In this document: positions 1 to 11,715 of the stretch, one piece after another | Position numbering within the stretch: the first letter of the stretch is position 1 | Layout: each line of letters opens with the position of its first letter | NCBI GenBank assembly: GCA_030390025.1 | Contig: CM059432.1 | Span: 24,926,001-24,990,000 of the forward strand | Direction: 5' to 3' | Origin: Squalus acanthias | Taxonomy: Eukaryota | DNA: 64,000 nt | Made by a program: the position numbers and the translations under genes | Notes under the pieces: model-generated | Databases searched by the model: none | Seen by the model: the letters and a program-made list of their open reading frames with translations, nothing else | What the model was told of the DNA's origin: nothing

Positions 1-1070
1 GATGTCAGATGGCCATTTGACGCACTTTTTTCCAATGCCATAATGTTCTTCCTGTAAGTTGGCCAACCAGAACTCTCACAGTACTCCAGATAAGGATGAA
101 TCAAAGATTCACATCCTCTCATTTCTGCTCTGTTCCATGATCTGTTCAACCCAAGATCCTTATTTGTGGCTTTGCGTGTGAAAAAGTTGTTATGAAAAAG
201 GGCGGAAAAGGGCAAATTGTTTCTGTCCCATAGGTTTTAGTTCAGTTCTTGGTCAATTATGTACTGAATTAAGAAACAATGTGGTAAATGTTTTGCTCAT
301 CAAGGTGAGGGATGTTAGTGATGGTGGGTCTTCCACTTTTGTCACCCATTATCAGTAGTGGGTTCTCACGGGTCACAACCACATGGCCAAGTGCAGAGTA
401 AAAACTCCTTTCAAGGTTGTGTTAGTGCCACCTGGTCCCAAATCGCAGATCTTACACAGCTGGCTGCCAGCAAAAATGCTAAGACTTTTACATTTGGATT
501 TTAGCCGGCTGCAGAAAACTCACACTTTGGGAGCCCAGAGGCACTAGAGTGGGTCTTGCTCAGCGCAAAAGCACCTTTACTCTGCCCTAATAATGTCCCT
601 CTGCTGAATGCCTGGAGAACACTGCCTTCTACACTACTGGAAACATTTCCACTTTTCATTACCAGTAATCTGTATGGTCTCACAGAATAACTTTGTTAGT
701 TTAGTGCCAATTCTGGGCTGTGGGCCCACGGGAACTATATTGAAACGACCCAAACTCATTTCACTTTGGATCTTTATAACCAACATGCAGAAAAAAAACT
801 GTTCCTCCATTCAGTCTGGACTGAATTGAAACCCAGGTCTCAAAACTAAAATGATAGCTGGGTTGATTTTATCTCCCATGTTGTTTTTGGCAGGAAACTG
901 CAGGTAACAGTTAATTTTCTGTCCGCCCGTGGTAGAATGAGCCCACTGCGATTTTAACACCAGGCCTCATTAACATGCCGTAAGCCGCCTTCCTGCCCAA
1001 AATGTTGTCAGCACTCAGTTAAGTGTGGGGGCTGGGGTCCCGGGTCATTCCATAGGGCCCGGAGGAGCAT

Positions 1071-2186
1071 TCATAGAATCATAGAATGGTTACAGCTCAG
1101 AAGGAGGCCATTCGGCCCGTCGAGCCCATGCCGGCTCTCTGCAAGAGCACTTCAGCTAGTCCCACTCCCCCGCCCTTTCCCCGTAGCCCTGCAATTTTTT
1201 ATCCTTCAGATACTTATCTAATTCCCTTTTGAAAGCCACGATTGAATCTGCCTCCACATTCAGGCAGCGCATTCCAGATCATAACCACTTGCTGTGTAAA
1301 AAAGTTTTTTCTCATGTCGCCTTTGGTTCTTCTGCCAATCACCTTAAATCTGTGTCCTCTGTTTCTCGATCCTTCTGCCAATTGGAACAGTTTCTCTCTA
1401 TCTACTCTGTCTAGGCCCCTCATGATTTTGAACACCTCTATCAAATCTCCTCTCAATCTTCTCCGCTCTTAGGAGAACACCCCCAGTTTCTCAGGCTATC
1501 CACGTAACTGAAGTTCCTCATCTCAGGAACCATTCTTGTAAATCTTTTCTGCACCCTCTCTAAGGCCTTCACATCCTTTCTAAAGTGTGGTGCCCTTAAT
1601 TGGACACAATACTCCAGTTGAGGCCAAACTAGTGTTTTATACAGGTTCATCATAACTTCCTTGCTTTAGTACTCTGTGCCTCTATTTATGAAGCCCAGGA
1701 TCCCGTAAGCTTTTTTAACCGCTTTCTCAACCTGCCCTGCCACCTTCAACGATTTGTGCACATATACCCCTAGGTCTCTCTGTTCATGCAACCCTTTTAG
1801 GATTGTACTCTTTATTGTCTCTCCTCATTCTTCCCACCAGAATGTATCACTTTGCACTTTTCTACATTAAATTTCATCTGCCACGTGTCCACCCATTCCA
1901 CCAGCCTGTCTATGTCCTCTTGAAGTCTATCACTATCCTCCTCACTGTTCACTAGACATCCAAGCTTTGTGTCATCTGCAAATTTAGAAATTGTGCCCTG
2001 AACACCCACATCCAAGTCATTAATATATATCAAGAAAAGCAGTGGTCCTCGTACCGACCCCTGGGGAACACCACTGTATACCTTCCTCCAGTCCGAAAAA
2101 CAGCCGTTCACCACTACTCTCTGTTTCCTGTCACTTAGCCAATTTCGTATCCATGCTGTCATTGTCCCTTTTATTCCACGGGCTTC
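1071..2186 (-). mobile_element. CR1 LINE, 5'-truncated (RT C-terminal region + 3'UTR)
   Basis: ORFs 1812-2213, 1453-1653 and 1214-1456 give SGVPQGS, YINDLD, KFADDTKL, LEYCVQ, RGDLIEVFKIM. (ATTCTATG)n tail reads CATAGAATCATAGAAT at 1072. Confidence 0.93.
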
Positions 2187-2351
2187 TATTGGCCCCACAA
2201 AGCAAAGTACCATGAATGGCCTCTTCTGCTTCCGATCCGCTTCTGACAGGCCTTCACCTGGCCGGAAAGCTGCAGCGGCTTCCTCGCTCAGCTAGAGTTC
2301 AAATCGTAATCAAACCCCTGATCTGCATATTTAAAGAAGGACACGGTCAGC

Positions 2352-3323
2352 TTTTTTAAAAATTTGTTTATGGGATGTGGGTGTCGCTGGCAAGGCCAGC
2401 ATTTATTGCCCATCCCTAGTTGCCCTTGAGAAGGTGGTGGTGAGCTGCCTTCTTGAACCGCTGCAGTCCGTGTGGTGATGGTACTCCCACAGTGCTGTTA
2501 GGTAGGGAGTTCCTGGATTTTGACCCAGCGACGATGAAGGATCGGCGATATACTTCTAAGTCAGGATGGTGTGTGACTTGGAGGGGAACTTGGAGGTGGT
2601 GGTGTTCCCATGTGCCTGCTGCCCTTTTCCTTCTAGGTGGAAGAGGTCATGGGTTTGGGAGGTGCTGCCGAAGAAGCCTTGGCGAGTTGTTGCAGTGCAT
2701 CTTGTAGATGGTACACACTGCAGCCACGGTACGCCGGTGGTGGAGGGAGTGAATGTTTAAGGTGGTGGATGGGGTGCCAATCAAGCAGGCTGCTTTGTCC
2801 TGGATGGTGTCGAGCTTCTTCAGTGTTGTTGGAGCTGCACTCATCTAGGCAAGTGGAGAGTATTCCATCACACTCCTTACTTGTGCCTTGTAGATGGTGG
2901 AAAGGCTTTGGGGAGTCAGGAGGTGAGACACTCGCTGCAGAATACCTAGCCTCCGACCTGCTCTTGTTGCCACTGTATTTATGTGGCTGATCCAGTTTAG
3001 TTTCTGGTTAATGGTGACCCCCAGGATGTTGATAGTGGGGGATTCGGCGATGGTAATGCCATTGAATGTCAAGGGGAGGTGGTTAGATTCGCTCTTGTTG
3101 GAGATAATCATTGCCTGGTACTTCTGTGGTGCGAATGTTACCTGCCACTTATCAGCCCAAGCCTGAACGTCGTCCAGGTCTTGTTGCATGCGGGCATGGA
3201 CTGCTTCATTATCTGAGGAGTTGTGAATGGCGCTGAACACTGTGCAGTCATCAGCGAACATCCCCATTTCTGACCTTATGTTGGAGGGAAGGTCATTGAT
3301 GAAGCAGCTGAAGATGGTTGGCC
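2352..3323 (-). mobile_element. Non-LTR retrotransposon 3' fragment (second CR1-clade-like family, different 3' end)
   Basis: ORF 2845-3267 has MFADD..WADKWQVTF..ILGV..YKAQVRSVMEY; continues in 2647-2844. Same family at 43142-43985 and 51322-51633. Confidence 0.85.
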
Positions 3324-3463
3324 CTTGGTGGGAAGCTTAGTCGTTTGCCCGGACATGCCTCTAAATATCGGCAATTGCAGGATCCAGGCAGGACATCAAC
3401 GGGTAAGTCACCCAGTGGATTTTAGCTGCTTACCTGTCCGGTTCCCGATGGGTGGGTAGGGTT

Positions 3464-4466
3464 CATAGAATCATAGAATCATAGAAAGTTACAGCATGGA
3501 AGGAGGCCATTTCGGCCCATCGTGTCCGCGCCGGCCAACAAAGAGCTATCCAGCCTAATCCCACTTCCCAGCTCTTGGTCCGTAGCCCTGCAGGTTAGAG
3601 CATCCCAAGTGCATATCCAAGTACTTTTTAAATGTGGTTAGGGTTCCTGCCTCTACCACCCTTTCAGGCAGTGAGTTCCGGACCCCCACAACCCTCTGGG
3701 TGAAGAAATTTCCCCTCAAATCCCCTCTAAACCATCCACCAATTACTTTAAATCTGTGCCTCCTGGTTTTTGACACATCTGCTAAGGGAAATAGGTCCTT
3801 TCTATCCACTTTATCTATGGCCCTCATAATTTTATACACCTCAATAAGGTCTCCCCTCAGCCTCCTCTGTTCCAAGGACCCAGCCTATCCAGTCTTTCCT
3901 CATAGCTAAGATTCTCTACTCCCGGCAACATCCTTGTAAATCTCCTCTGTACCCTCTCCAGTGCAATCAAATCTTTCCTGTAATGTGGTGACCAGAACTG
4001 CATGCAGTACTCTAGCTGATGCCTAACTAGTGTTTTATACAGTTGAAGCATAACCCCCCTGCTCTTGTATTCTATGCCACGGCTAATAAAGGCAAGCATT
4101 CCGTATGCCTTCTTAACCACCTTATCTACCTGGCCTGCTACCTTCAGGGATCTGTGGACATGCACTCCAAGGTCCCTTTGTTCCTCTACACTACTCAGTG
4201 TCCTACCATTTAATGTGTATTCCCTTTCCTTGTTAGCCCTCCCCAAATGCATTACCTCACACTTCTCCGAATTGAATTCCATTTGCCACTGTTCTGCCCA
4301 CCTGACCGATTTATTGATATCTTCCTGCAGTCTACAGCTTCCTTCTTCAGTATCAACCAGACAGCCGATTTTAGTATCATCTGCAAACTTCTTAATCATA
4401 CCCACTATATTCAAGTCAAGATCGTTGATCTATACCACAAAAAGCAAGGACCTAGTACTGAGTACT
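3464..4466 (-). mobile_element. CR1 LINE, 5'-truncated
   Basis: ORFs 3857-4414 (KFADDTKIG..LEYC) and 3555-3875. CATAGAAT x3 tail. GGGTT flanks both sides (3459-3463, 4467-4471) as probable TSD. Confidence 0.93.
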
Positions 4467-4685
4467 GGGTTAAAATCCCCCTCAATGTCTCACTGTACCA
4501 CCCAATTTCCCGATAATATATTGTCCATATTATTAGATGCGACAGTTTCACATAATGTTTTATTGTGATTGAGATAGATTTAAAGTCGAAAAACATTGGA
4601 AAACAGTCGGACTCGGCCCTGAAACAGGTCCTGAAAGGCAGTTAAACTGATGGATTGGCGGGCCTTCTCACACCCCTGAATTCTA

Positions 4686-5435
4686 GGGGGGGAAATTTGG
4701 TCGCACCCCCTTTGGGCCACACCCCCTTTTGGCCGCTAACTTCACCAAGGCACTACTTTTAGTGCCCCGAAAATGTTCGCGGCCCCGCGCCCGAAATTGA
4801 ATGGGAGCGCCCTAAGCAGGAGACGGGGCGCTACTGGACGCGCCCCCCCCTCTTGGGGTGCTCCCATTGAATATCGCGGTGCTACGTGCAGCAGCTTCAC
4901 GCGCGTTGGCATGTAGCACCGCGGTACTGCAGGCCTCCTCCCCTGATTAAAGTGGCGGGGCATAGCGCTGTGCGCACCGGGGCCCTGCTGGACCACCGGG
5001 GGGAGGGGTGCCGGCAAAAGAGCCCAGCACTCAAGAGGAGTGCTGGGCTGACCGATCGGGGCCAGCACCCCACAGGAGGAGGCGAGAGGGGGCGGGTGCT
5101 GGCAGGCAGCCCAAAAAAAATGGCCGCCCGGCACCTGCCCTTTAATTTGCGCCACCGCTGCCGCTGAAACACCTCCCTGACCCTGTCGAACATAGCATCC
5201 GGTGGTAGGTCAGGGGGCGCGAGCCAAGTTTGCGGCCGGTGCGCTGCGCACGGCGATGATGTCATTGCCGGAGGTGCAGCGCTGCGGGGTGCTACCGGCT
5301 ACCGCCGCCGCTAACCTCCCGCTGAATTTTGCGGGAAGCGTTAGCGGCGCCGTGCCCGGGTGCTAGGTGCTTTGCGGTCCGTTAGCATCCCCAAGGGCGC
5401 TAACAGGAGGCGCAAAGCAACCAAATTTTTCCCCC
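4686..5435. mobile_element. GC-rich non-autonomous PIF/Harbinger element
   Basis: TIRs GGGGGAAATTTGGT / ACCAAATTTTTCCCCC resemble those of 15666-19837. Body is colinear with 52240-52967. Confidence 0.8.
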
Positions 5436-5559
5436 TTGGGCTTTTACAATCTGCTATACATACTGAAAAAAACAGAACTCCCTCTTTTTCCTCTGCATTT
5501 CGCTCCCGCCCTGAGGGCATTAGTTTGTGTTGACTTACAAGCATTGGGCATCCACCAAT

Positions 5560-5845
5560 AGCTGTTCTTCTGGTTTGTGCCTAGACAGTGAATGTTTGCA
5601 AAATTTTCAAACATGGAGGACATCATTGTCAAGTCTACTCCTGTGCTCACTTGATTCCACCGGACTTCAGGAGCAGGAGCCCTGCCCTGATTTCATCCCC
5701 CCCATACTAACCCAGAGGAGTCGGCACCAATACCCTTACCATCGACCTGGCTGCACCCAACCAACGCAGCAGAGATCAAAACCTGTGAACGTTCAGCTCT
5801 GTATTTGTCACTGAGGGGTACCACCCATTTAAATCACTGAGCTAT
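5560..5845 (-). mobile_element. Degenerate tRNA-derived SINE (AmnSINE2-like)
   Basis: Reverse complement resembles the copies at 6555, 44125, 50765 and 62250; diverged. Confidence 0.4.
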
Positions 5846-5868
5846 TTGAAGACATGAACAAATGTTAT

Positions 5869-5966
5869 ACAATAGCAAAATACTGCGGATGCTGGAATTC
5901 TGATGAAAGGACTTTGACCTGAAACGTTAACTCTGTTTCTCTCTCCACGGATGCTGCCTGGCCTGC
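5869..5966. mobile_element. Short Penelope-like pLTR insert with internal inversion and hammerhead motif
   Basis: TSD TGAACAAATGTTAT (5855-5868, 5967-5980). First ~28 bp are the reverse complement of the 3' end of the 9111-9248 copy; the rest is forward. Confidence 0.75.
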
Positions 5967-6554
5967 TGAACAAATGTTATGTTGGAGTGCAGAAGGTCAT
6001 TGCGTTATTTAGATATAGAGGCATATACAGAGTTGGGTCATTGCATTTTATAGATATGGAGGCAGATACTGACTCTTGTTTTTCTATCAGAGTAATGAGG
6101 TTAGCTGTTACAGATATAAAAACAGATTGTGAGTGATTTAGCAGATAGAGAGATAAGTGCAACAAGGCAGATTTGAGATACTACACGGTGAGTGTTTTCC
6201 AGTGTTTGAAGAAACAATTGTACTACTAATCTATAATCTCTGATATCGTAACAAATTGTGATGAGGTTAATGGCTATAATTAATACTTAGAAAAATCAGC
6301 TAGCCAACATGTTCAAAGTTATGCTGGTAAGCTAATCTGATTGGTGACATTATAGGGTAGAGCAGAAATACTTCATTATGTTACATGGGATCATCATTAT
6401 CAATATATGGCTGGGATTTCAGTTACAGTGATGCATTATTTGTGGTGGTTGGTACCAGAGCAAGGCTTTTAACATTAAACCCAACACCCGCTGACCTAAA
6501 TCCTGTGTTTGTGGAGTTCAACCTGATATGAAATGTTAGAAATGTAAGTGCACT

Positions 6555-6725
6555 TCCCTCTGCTGGGTTAGTCAGCAAATGGCCTGCCCTGTGTGGTGTT
6601 GAGCCATGCAGAGCACTGCACCTGACCATCGAGCCATCTGTATGGAGTTAGTTGATCTAGTCAGGGCTGTAGTCGGAATGCTGTAATTTGCCTGAGCAAC
6701 CCTGGGCTGGAGAAGGGGAAAAAAT
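6555..6725 (+). mobile_element. Degenerate SINE (AmnSINE2-like)
   Basis: TGTGGTGTTGAGCCATGCAGA..GAGTTAGTTGATCTAGTCAGGG..CCCTGGGCTGGAGAAGGGGAAAAAATC shared with 50765-51150. Confidence 0.5.
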
Positions 6726-7353
6726 CTACATCATAGTGAATGTCACTCATATCGTAAGACTCATACTTATATATTTTCACAAAAGAATTATAAAACATTT
6801 TTGACCAAGTAGCAAATATTAAATTATTGTATCAAATATCATTTACAAGGCACATTTTTAATGCCCCGCCCCCCACTCCCCCCGCCACCCACTTCCACCT
6901 CACCACAGATCTAAAGATGCCGTGAATCAAAGATGAATAAAGATGACCTTTCTTTTGTGGTTTCAGTCTTGACAGGTCAAGGGAAAAGACCAAACATGGT
7001 AATCCAATACCATGAATGGGCAGTGAATGTATCTCCTGCTCCATCAGCCTACTGGGAAAAGTAACTCTACTTAACAATGCCCTCCTCCTTAACCTTCAGA
7101 ACTGCATCTTAGACTACCAGTCAGCAGAAGAGTGTGAAAGAAATTCGACATAGTTCTTTTGAAAACTCTTATATTTTAGTGAAAAGGAATACTATATATA
7201 TATATATAATAGAGAGAGTCAGTGCAGTATATCCCTATTTTTTCCCTAAGATATTATGTCAAGAATCCCTCTAAGCTTTGAATGCAGGATTATGTGGTCG
7301 AGTCTGACCTTTCACCTGCAGGATACAGGTTTGATTCCAGGTTAAAAGTCTCT

Positions 7354-7539
7354 GGGGGTGAAATTCGACTTCTGCGGGGATGCAAAACTGGCATTGTTGC
7401 ATCTGTCGCCAGTTATACGCCCAGTCCAAAATTCAATTCCATTGAAGTCAATGGAACTGGATATTGGATGAGACGTATAACAGGTGTCAGATGTGATACT
7501 GCTCGTTTTGCATTCCCACCCAAGTCGAATTTCACCACC
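7354..7539. mobile_element. Palindromic hairpin MITE (probably Harbinger-type)
   Basis: GGTGAAATTCGACTT..AAGTCGAATTTCACC arms with central TTCCATTGAAGTCAATGGAA. Relatives at ~8810-8985 and 28739-28926. Confidence 0.7.
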
Positions 7540-7689
7540 TCTCCCTCTCCCCAGTAAGGAACAAATCGAAAATTAATTTGAGCCACCTTAATAGGTTCCA
7601 AGTGGGCATTGGCCAACAGTACAAAAACTTTCACCAAGCTGGAAATCTCATGCAGAGATCGCATGGATACTTGGTGTAAGAGAATGTTA

Positions 7690-7818
7690 TAAAAGCGGAG
7701 GCTGGAAATCTGAAATAAAAGCAGAAAATGCTGGAAACGCTCAGCAGGTCAGGCAGCATCTGTGGAGAGAGAAACAGAGTTAATGTTTCAGATGAAAGGT
7801 CATCAACCTGAAATGTTT
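7690..7818 (-). mobile_element. Penelope-like pLTR fragment with short terminal inversion
   Basis: Reverse complement of ~9135-9235, followed by forward GATGAAAGGTCATCAACCTGAAATGTT. Confidence 0.65.
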
Positions 7819-8096
7819 CTATGTAATGTGACGCTGGTAAAGAGGGAGGTTCTCATTTTGGGAAGATTAACATCTGGCCCATGGTATACTTAACCAGAGA
7901 GTTGTTAACGTTGACAATGGGTGCATGGAATGCAAGGTGTTTTATCTCCCAGCAATAACATACTAGAAGAATACCACAAGTATAAAGAGAAAAGATCATT
8001 TGACCCTGAGCCACAGTGGTGGATTTAAGATTTCTTTCTGTAAAAGATTTAAAAAGAACTTTGCATCAATATTGTTCTCATTCAGAAGGATACATG

Positions 8097-8644
8097 CTGC
8101 ACACCTTATCTGAGGAAGGATGTTCTTGCCATGGAAGGAGTTCAGCGAAGATTCACAAGGCTGATACCTGGGATGGCAGGAATGACGTATGAAGAAAGAT
8201 TGGGTCGATTGGGCTTATACTCGCTGGAGTTTAGAAGAATGAGAGGGGATCTCATTGAAACTTATAAAATTCTGACAGGACTGGACAGACTAGATGCAGG
8301 AAGGATGTTTCCGATGGCCGCGGAGTCCAGAACCAGGGGTCACAGTCTAAGGATAAGGGGTAAGCCATTTAGGACAGAAATGAGGAGGAATTTCTTCACC
8401 CAGAGAGTGGTGAACCTGTGGAATTCTCTGCCACAGAAGGCAGTAGAGGCCAATTCATTAAATAGATTCAAGAAGGAGTTGGATATATTTCTTAAGGCTA
8501 AAGGGATCAAGGGATATGGGGAGAAAGCAGGGACAGGGTACTGAATTTGGATGATCAACCATGATCGCATCGAATGGCGGAGCAGGCTAGAGGGGCCGAA
8601 TGGCCTACTCCTGCTCCTATCTTCTATGATTCTACGATTCTATG
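8097..8644 (+). mobile_element. CR1 LINE 3' end (young subfamily)
   Basis: ORF 8131-8544 (QRRFTRLIPGM..RGDLIETYKIL..NFFTQRVV). TTCTATGATTCTACGATTCTATG tail. Confidence 0.93.
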
Positions 8645-9110
8645 AATGATGATCAATGAGCTCATTTGAAGTTTGTGTTTTATCAATTTTTTTGCTGTAG
8701 CTGTAGATTGCAATTGAACTGTTCATTAAAAAAATAAAACTAAAGCGGAAACTTGGCATGGCCTACAGAGAAGCGAAATGATCAAATCCTGTGTAAAGAA
8801 ACAACACATGGGGTAAATTTACATCTCCACAGCCTAGGTGGTAATCTGGTAGAGCAGATCGCCCGCCTGTTATAGAATCCTCTCGATTTTCATCCTATTG
8901 AATGAAAATCTTGTGGATTCAATAATGAATGAGTGATCTGTTACTCCAGATTACTGCCGAGACGATAAAGACGAAAATTTACCTCGTAATCTTACACGAA
9001 GATACGAAAAGACAGACAGGAAATGAGTGGCTGGGCTCCGCGCAGAGGCACTTCCAATAATAACAAGCCACTGACTGCGAGAACACAACCAATTGCCTAT
9101 CCAGAACATA

Positions 9111-9147
9111 AGTTCTGACGAAGGATCATCGACCTGAAATGTTAACT
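9111..9147 (+). ncRNA. Minimal type-I hammerhead ribozyme motif
   Basis: AGTT-CTGACGA-AGG(ATCATCGA)CCT-GAAA-TG-TT-AACT: stem I AGUU/AACU, CUGANGA and GAAA core, stem II AGG/CCU. Stem III is the palindrome ACGU in sister copies (C>T here). Confidence 0.65.
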
Positions 9148-9248
9148 CTGTTTCTCTCTCCACAGATGCTGCCTGACCTGCTGAGTATTTCCAGCATTTT
9201 CTGTTCTTATTTCAGATTTCCAGCATCCGCAGTATTTTGCTTTTGTAT
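9111..9248 (+). mobile_element. Penelope-like pLTR fragment starting at a hammerhead motif
   Basis: Matches the 5869, 7690 and 35216 copies. ATAAGT at 9108-9113 and 9247-9252 is a possible TSD. Confidence 0.7.
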
Positions 9249-9990
9249 AAGTAGGAGGGTGTTGGAAGTGTCAAACCTTGAGGTGATAAAGGCATGGATT
9301 CAGATTTTGGCAGTGAAAGGAGAGCAATAAGGACAGAGGCAGAAAATGCTGCAGAACTGCAAGGAAGTGGCATTGATAACAGAGAGGATGTGAATGAGGA
9401 ATTGGAAAGTATGAATACTTTAAACCCTTCATATGCTAGTGCACAATTTCAACCCATTTAAGTGGAACAGTTCCTGCGACAGAGTGGAGGAGGGAATTAG
9501 TCCCAGTTTCTGACTAGGAGAGACGCCTGAAAATAATAATCTGTACTGCAATGTGAATCGTATAAATGACAGTACATTGATTGCATTATGGTAAGAGCAG
9601 GGCTTCCTTTCACAGTGAGGGTGGGAGTATGATCCGTTGCTGGATGAACCCTGTCAGGTTCCAGAATAGATTGTGCATTTACCACCTCAGTACCAATGGA
9701 ATGGTTTATCTCTTTCACGTGTCTGAACCATTAACTGAGCCATTGTATATGTCACAGGGCAATTACAGCTGCCCGTGAAAAATGGTTGTAACAGTGCCGC
9801 TGTGCTCCAATGACAAATATCCCGCTGTCTTTTCTGGTAGGTGCCATGGTGCTTCACCAGGGTGACCAATTGATTCATAATATCGCTGTCAATTTTTGAA
9901 TTTAAATTTTTCCTATGTTAGACACCACCCTAAGCTAAGATCATTGCCTCAATGAGATTTTGTACAGGCTCATATGGAACAGATGTATTG

Positions 9991-10578
9991 GAATCATAGA
10001 AGATAGGAGCAGGAGTAGGCCATTCGGCCCCTGGAGCCTGCTCCGCCATTCAATGAGATCATGGCTGATCATCCAAATTCAGTAACCTGTCCCTGCCTTC
10101 TCCCCATATCCCTTGATCCCTTTAGCCTTAAGAAATATATCAACTCCTTCTTGAATATATTTAATGAGTTGGCCTCAACTGCCTTCTGTGGTAGAGAATT
10201 CTACAGGTTCACCACTCTTTGGGTGAAGAAATTCCTCCTCATCTCTGTCCTAAATGTGACCCCTGGTTCTGGACTCCCCGCCATCGGGAATATCTTTCCT
10301 GCATCTAGTCTGTCTAGTCCTGTTAGAATTTTATAAGTTTCAGTGAGATCCCCTCTCATTCTTCTAAACTCCTGCGAGTATAAGCCCAATCGACCCAATC
10401 TCTCTTCATACGTCATTCCTGCCATCCCAGGTATCAGTCTGGTGAATCTTCGCTGCACACCCTCCATGGCAAGAACATCCTTCCTCAGATAAGGCGATCA
10501 AAACTGCGCACAATACTCAAGATGTGGTCTCACCAAGGCTCTGTACAACTGCAGCAAGACATCCTTGTTCCTGTACTG
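9991..10578 (-). mobile_element. CR1 LINE 3' end (same subfamily as 8097-8644, opposite orientation)
   Basis: ORF 10201-10467 nearly identical to 8131-8544. GAATCATAGAAG tail at 9991. Confidence 0.92.
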
Positions 10579-10794
10579 GAATGACGTCAGCATGGGGGCT
10601 TCACCATCAACACATCTATCTCACAGAATAGGGATCTTTGTTTTGACAGCATTGTAGAGAACAGCAGCAGTGGAGTTTTATCTTTTTTATCAATCTCCAT
10701 AGAGCAATACCGATCCATTCAGGTCCTAAAATTATGTAGCAGTGTTTCAGCAAATCATTATGTGACCAGAGTACCCTTGATTCTTCCTCTCAAT

Positions 10795-11018
10795 GGTAAT
10801 AAGTATTTAGCATCGGTCTTTACTAAAGAGGTGGATATCAGAGTGAAGGTGAATCCGGAAGTGGGTGAGAATGAGATGAGTGACATTATGATGGATCAAA
10901 GGAAAATTTGAGAGAAGTTAGTTAAACTGAAGGAAGATAGAGCGCCGGGGCCTGACGGGATACATCTTAGGATGCTGAAGGAGTTGAGAGAGGAAATTGC
11001 AAAGGCCCGAGAAATTAT
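10795..11018 (+). mobile_element. Old CR1 ORF2 fragment (first piece of an element fragmented to ~21420)
   Basis: Translates KYLASVFTKE..KLVKLKEDRAPGPDGIHLRMLKELREEIAKA. Confidence 0.75.
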
Positions 11019-11697
11019 AGCTTCCATTTTAAGTCAGATCGCTTTTGGGGCGGGTGGAAATCACCACGAAGTGTTCACAGTGAGGCCTGGGCCATTTTAA
11101 CTCCAGGGCCTTATTTGAATAGTTCTAGTCCGTCTCCTGCCGAAAACTTGGGGTAGTGATGTCATGGACAGCGGGCAGGATCAGGAATTATGCCGGGAAC
11201 CAGACGTCTCCAGGAACCCAAGGAAATGGTTACTGGCATAAGTTAGCGCTGGGATGGGAGGATTCTCCAAGGAAATGCCGCAGATGAGAGGGAGAGGCAA
11301 GGCCGGGGTGGAGTGGCCCAAGGGCTCCTTGCGGTGTCTGGGGGGAGGACTCCAGCTCCTGGCCCACAACGGTTCCGAATGAGAATCACCCTGCTGATTC
11401 CCATCAGGTTTGGTTAGGGGAGGGTGGGGTTTTCGGGAAGTCAGTGCTGTGCGGGCCCCATGATCCCGGGAGTTGAAATTGTGTTGCAGCGTCGATGACA
11501 TCAGTGGGCCACGACATCCACATCTTAAGTAGGCCCCACCTACCTCAGGCAGTCTGCTCTCCCGATTCTGTTTCATACGAAGTTAAAGTGGCGGCGGATG
11601 GGAACGCATCAGGATCACGATGCGAACCCCCTGACAGCCATTTAAAAAACCCGCTCCACCTGCTTACGCTGATCGAGCTGGGTTAAAATCCAGGTTT
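11019..11697. mobile_element. GC-rich MITE-like element with degenerate TIRs
   Basis: AGCTTCCATTTTAAGTCAGATCG versus CGAGCTGGGTTAAAATCCAGGTT. Interrupts the old CR1 frame (EII|..QGS). Confidence 0.55.
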
Positions 11698-11715
11698 TAG
11701 TTCAGGGCTCGATTC

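Larger units (their letters stand above)
860..4481. mobile_element. Non-autonomous TIR element (MITE-like) split into four pieces by three LINE insertions
   Basis: Left end GGGTTGATTTTATC (860). Right end reconstructs as GGTAGGGTT|AAAATCCCCC (3455-3463 + 4472-4481). Internal piece ~2270-2340 is the reverse complement of ~24555-24625 in a sister copy. Confidence 0.6.

Noticed and set aside
4742..5265. CpG-island promoter or GC-rich ORFs (also 52266-52810)
   Set aside because: Lie wholly within TIR-bounded non-autonomous Harbinger elements; the ORFs are low-complexity by-products of GC content.
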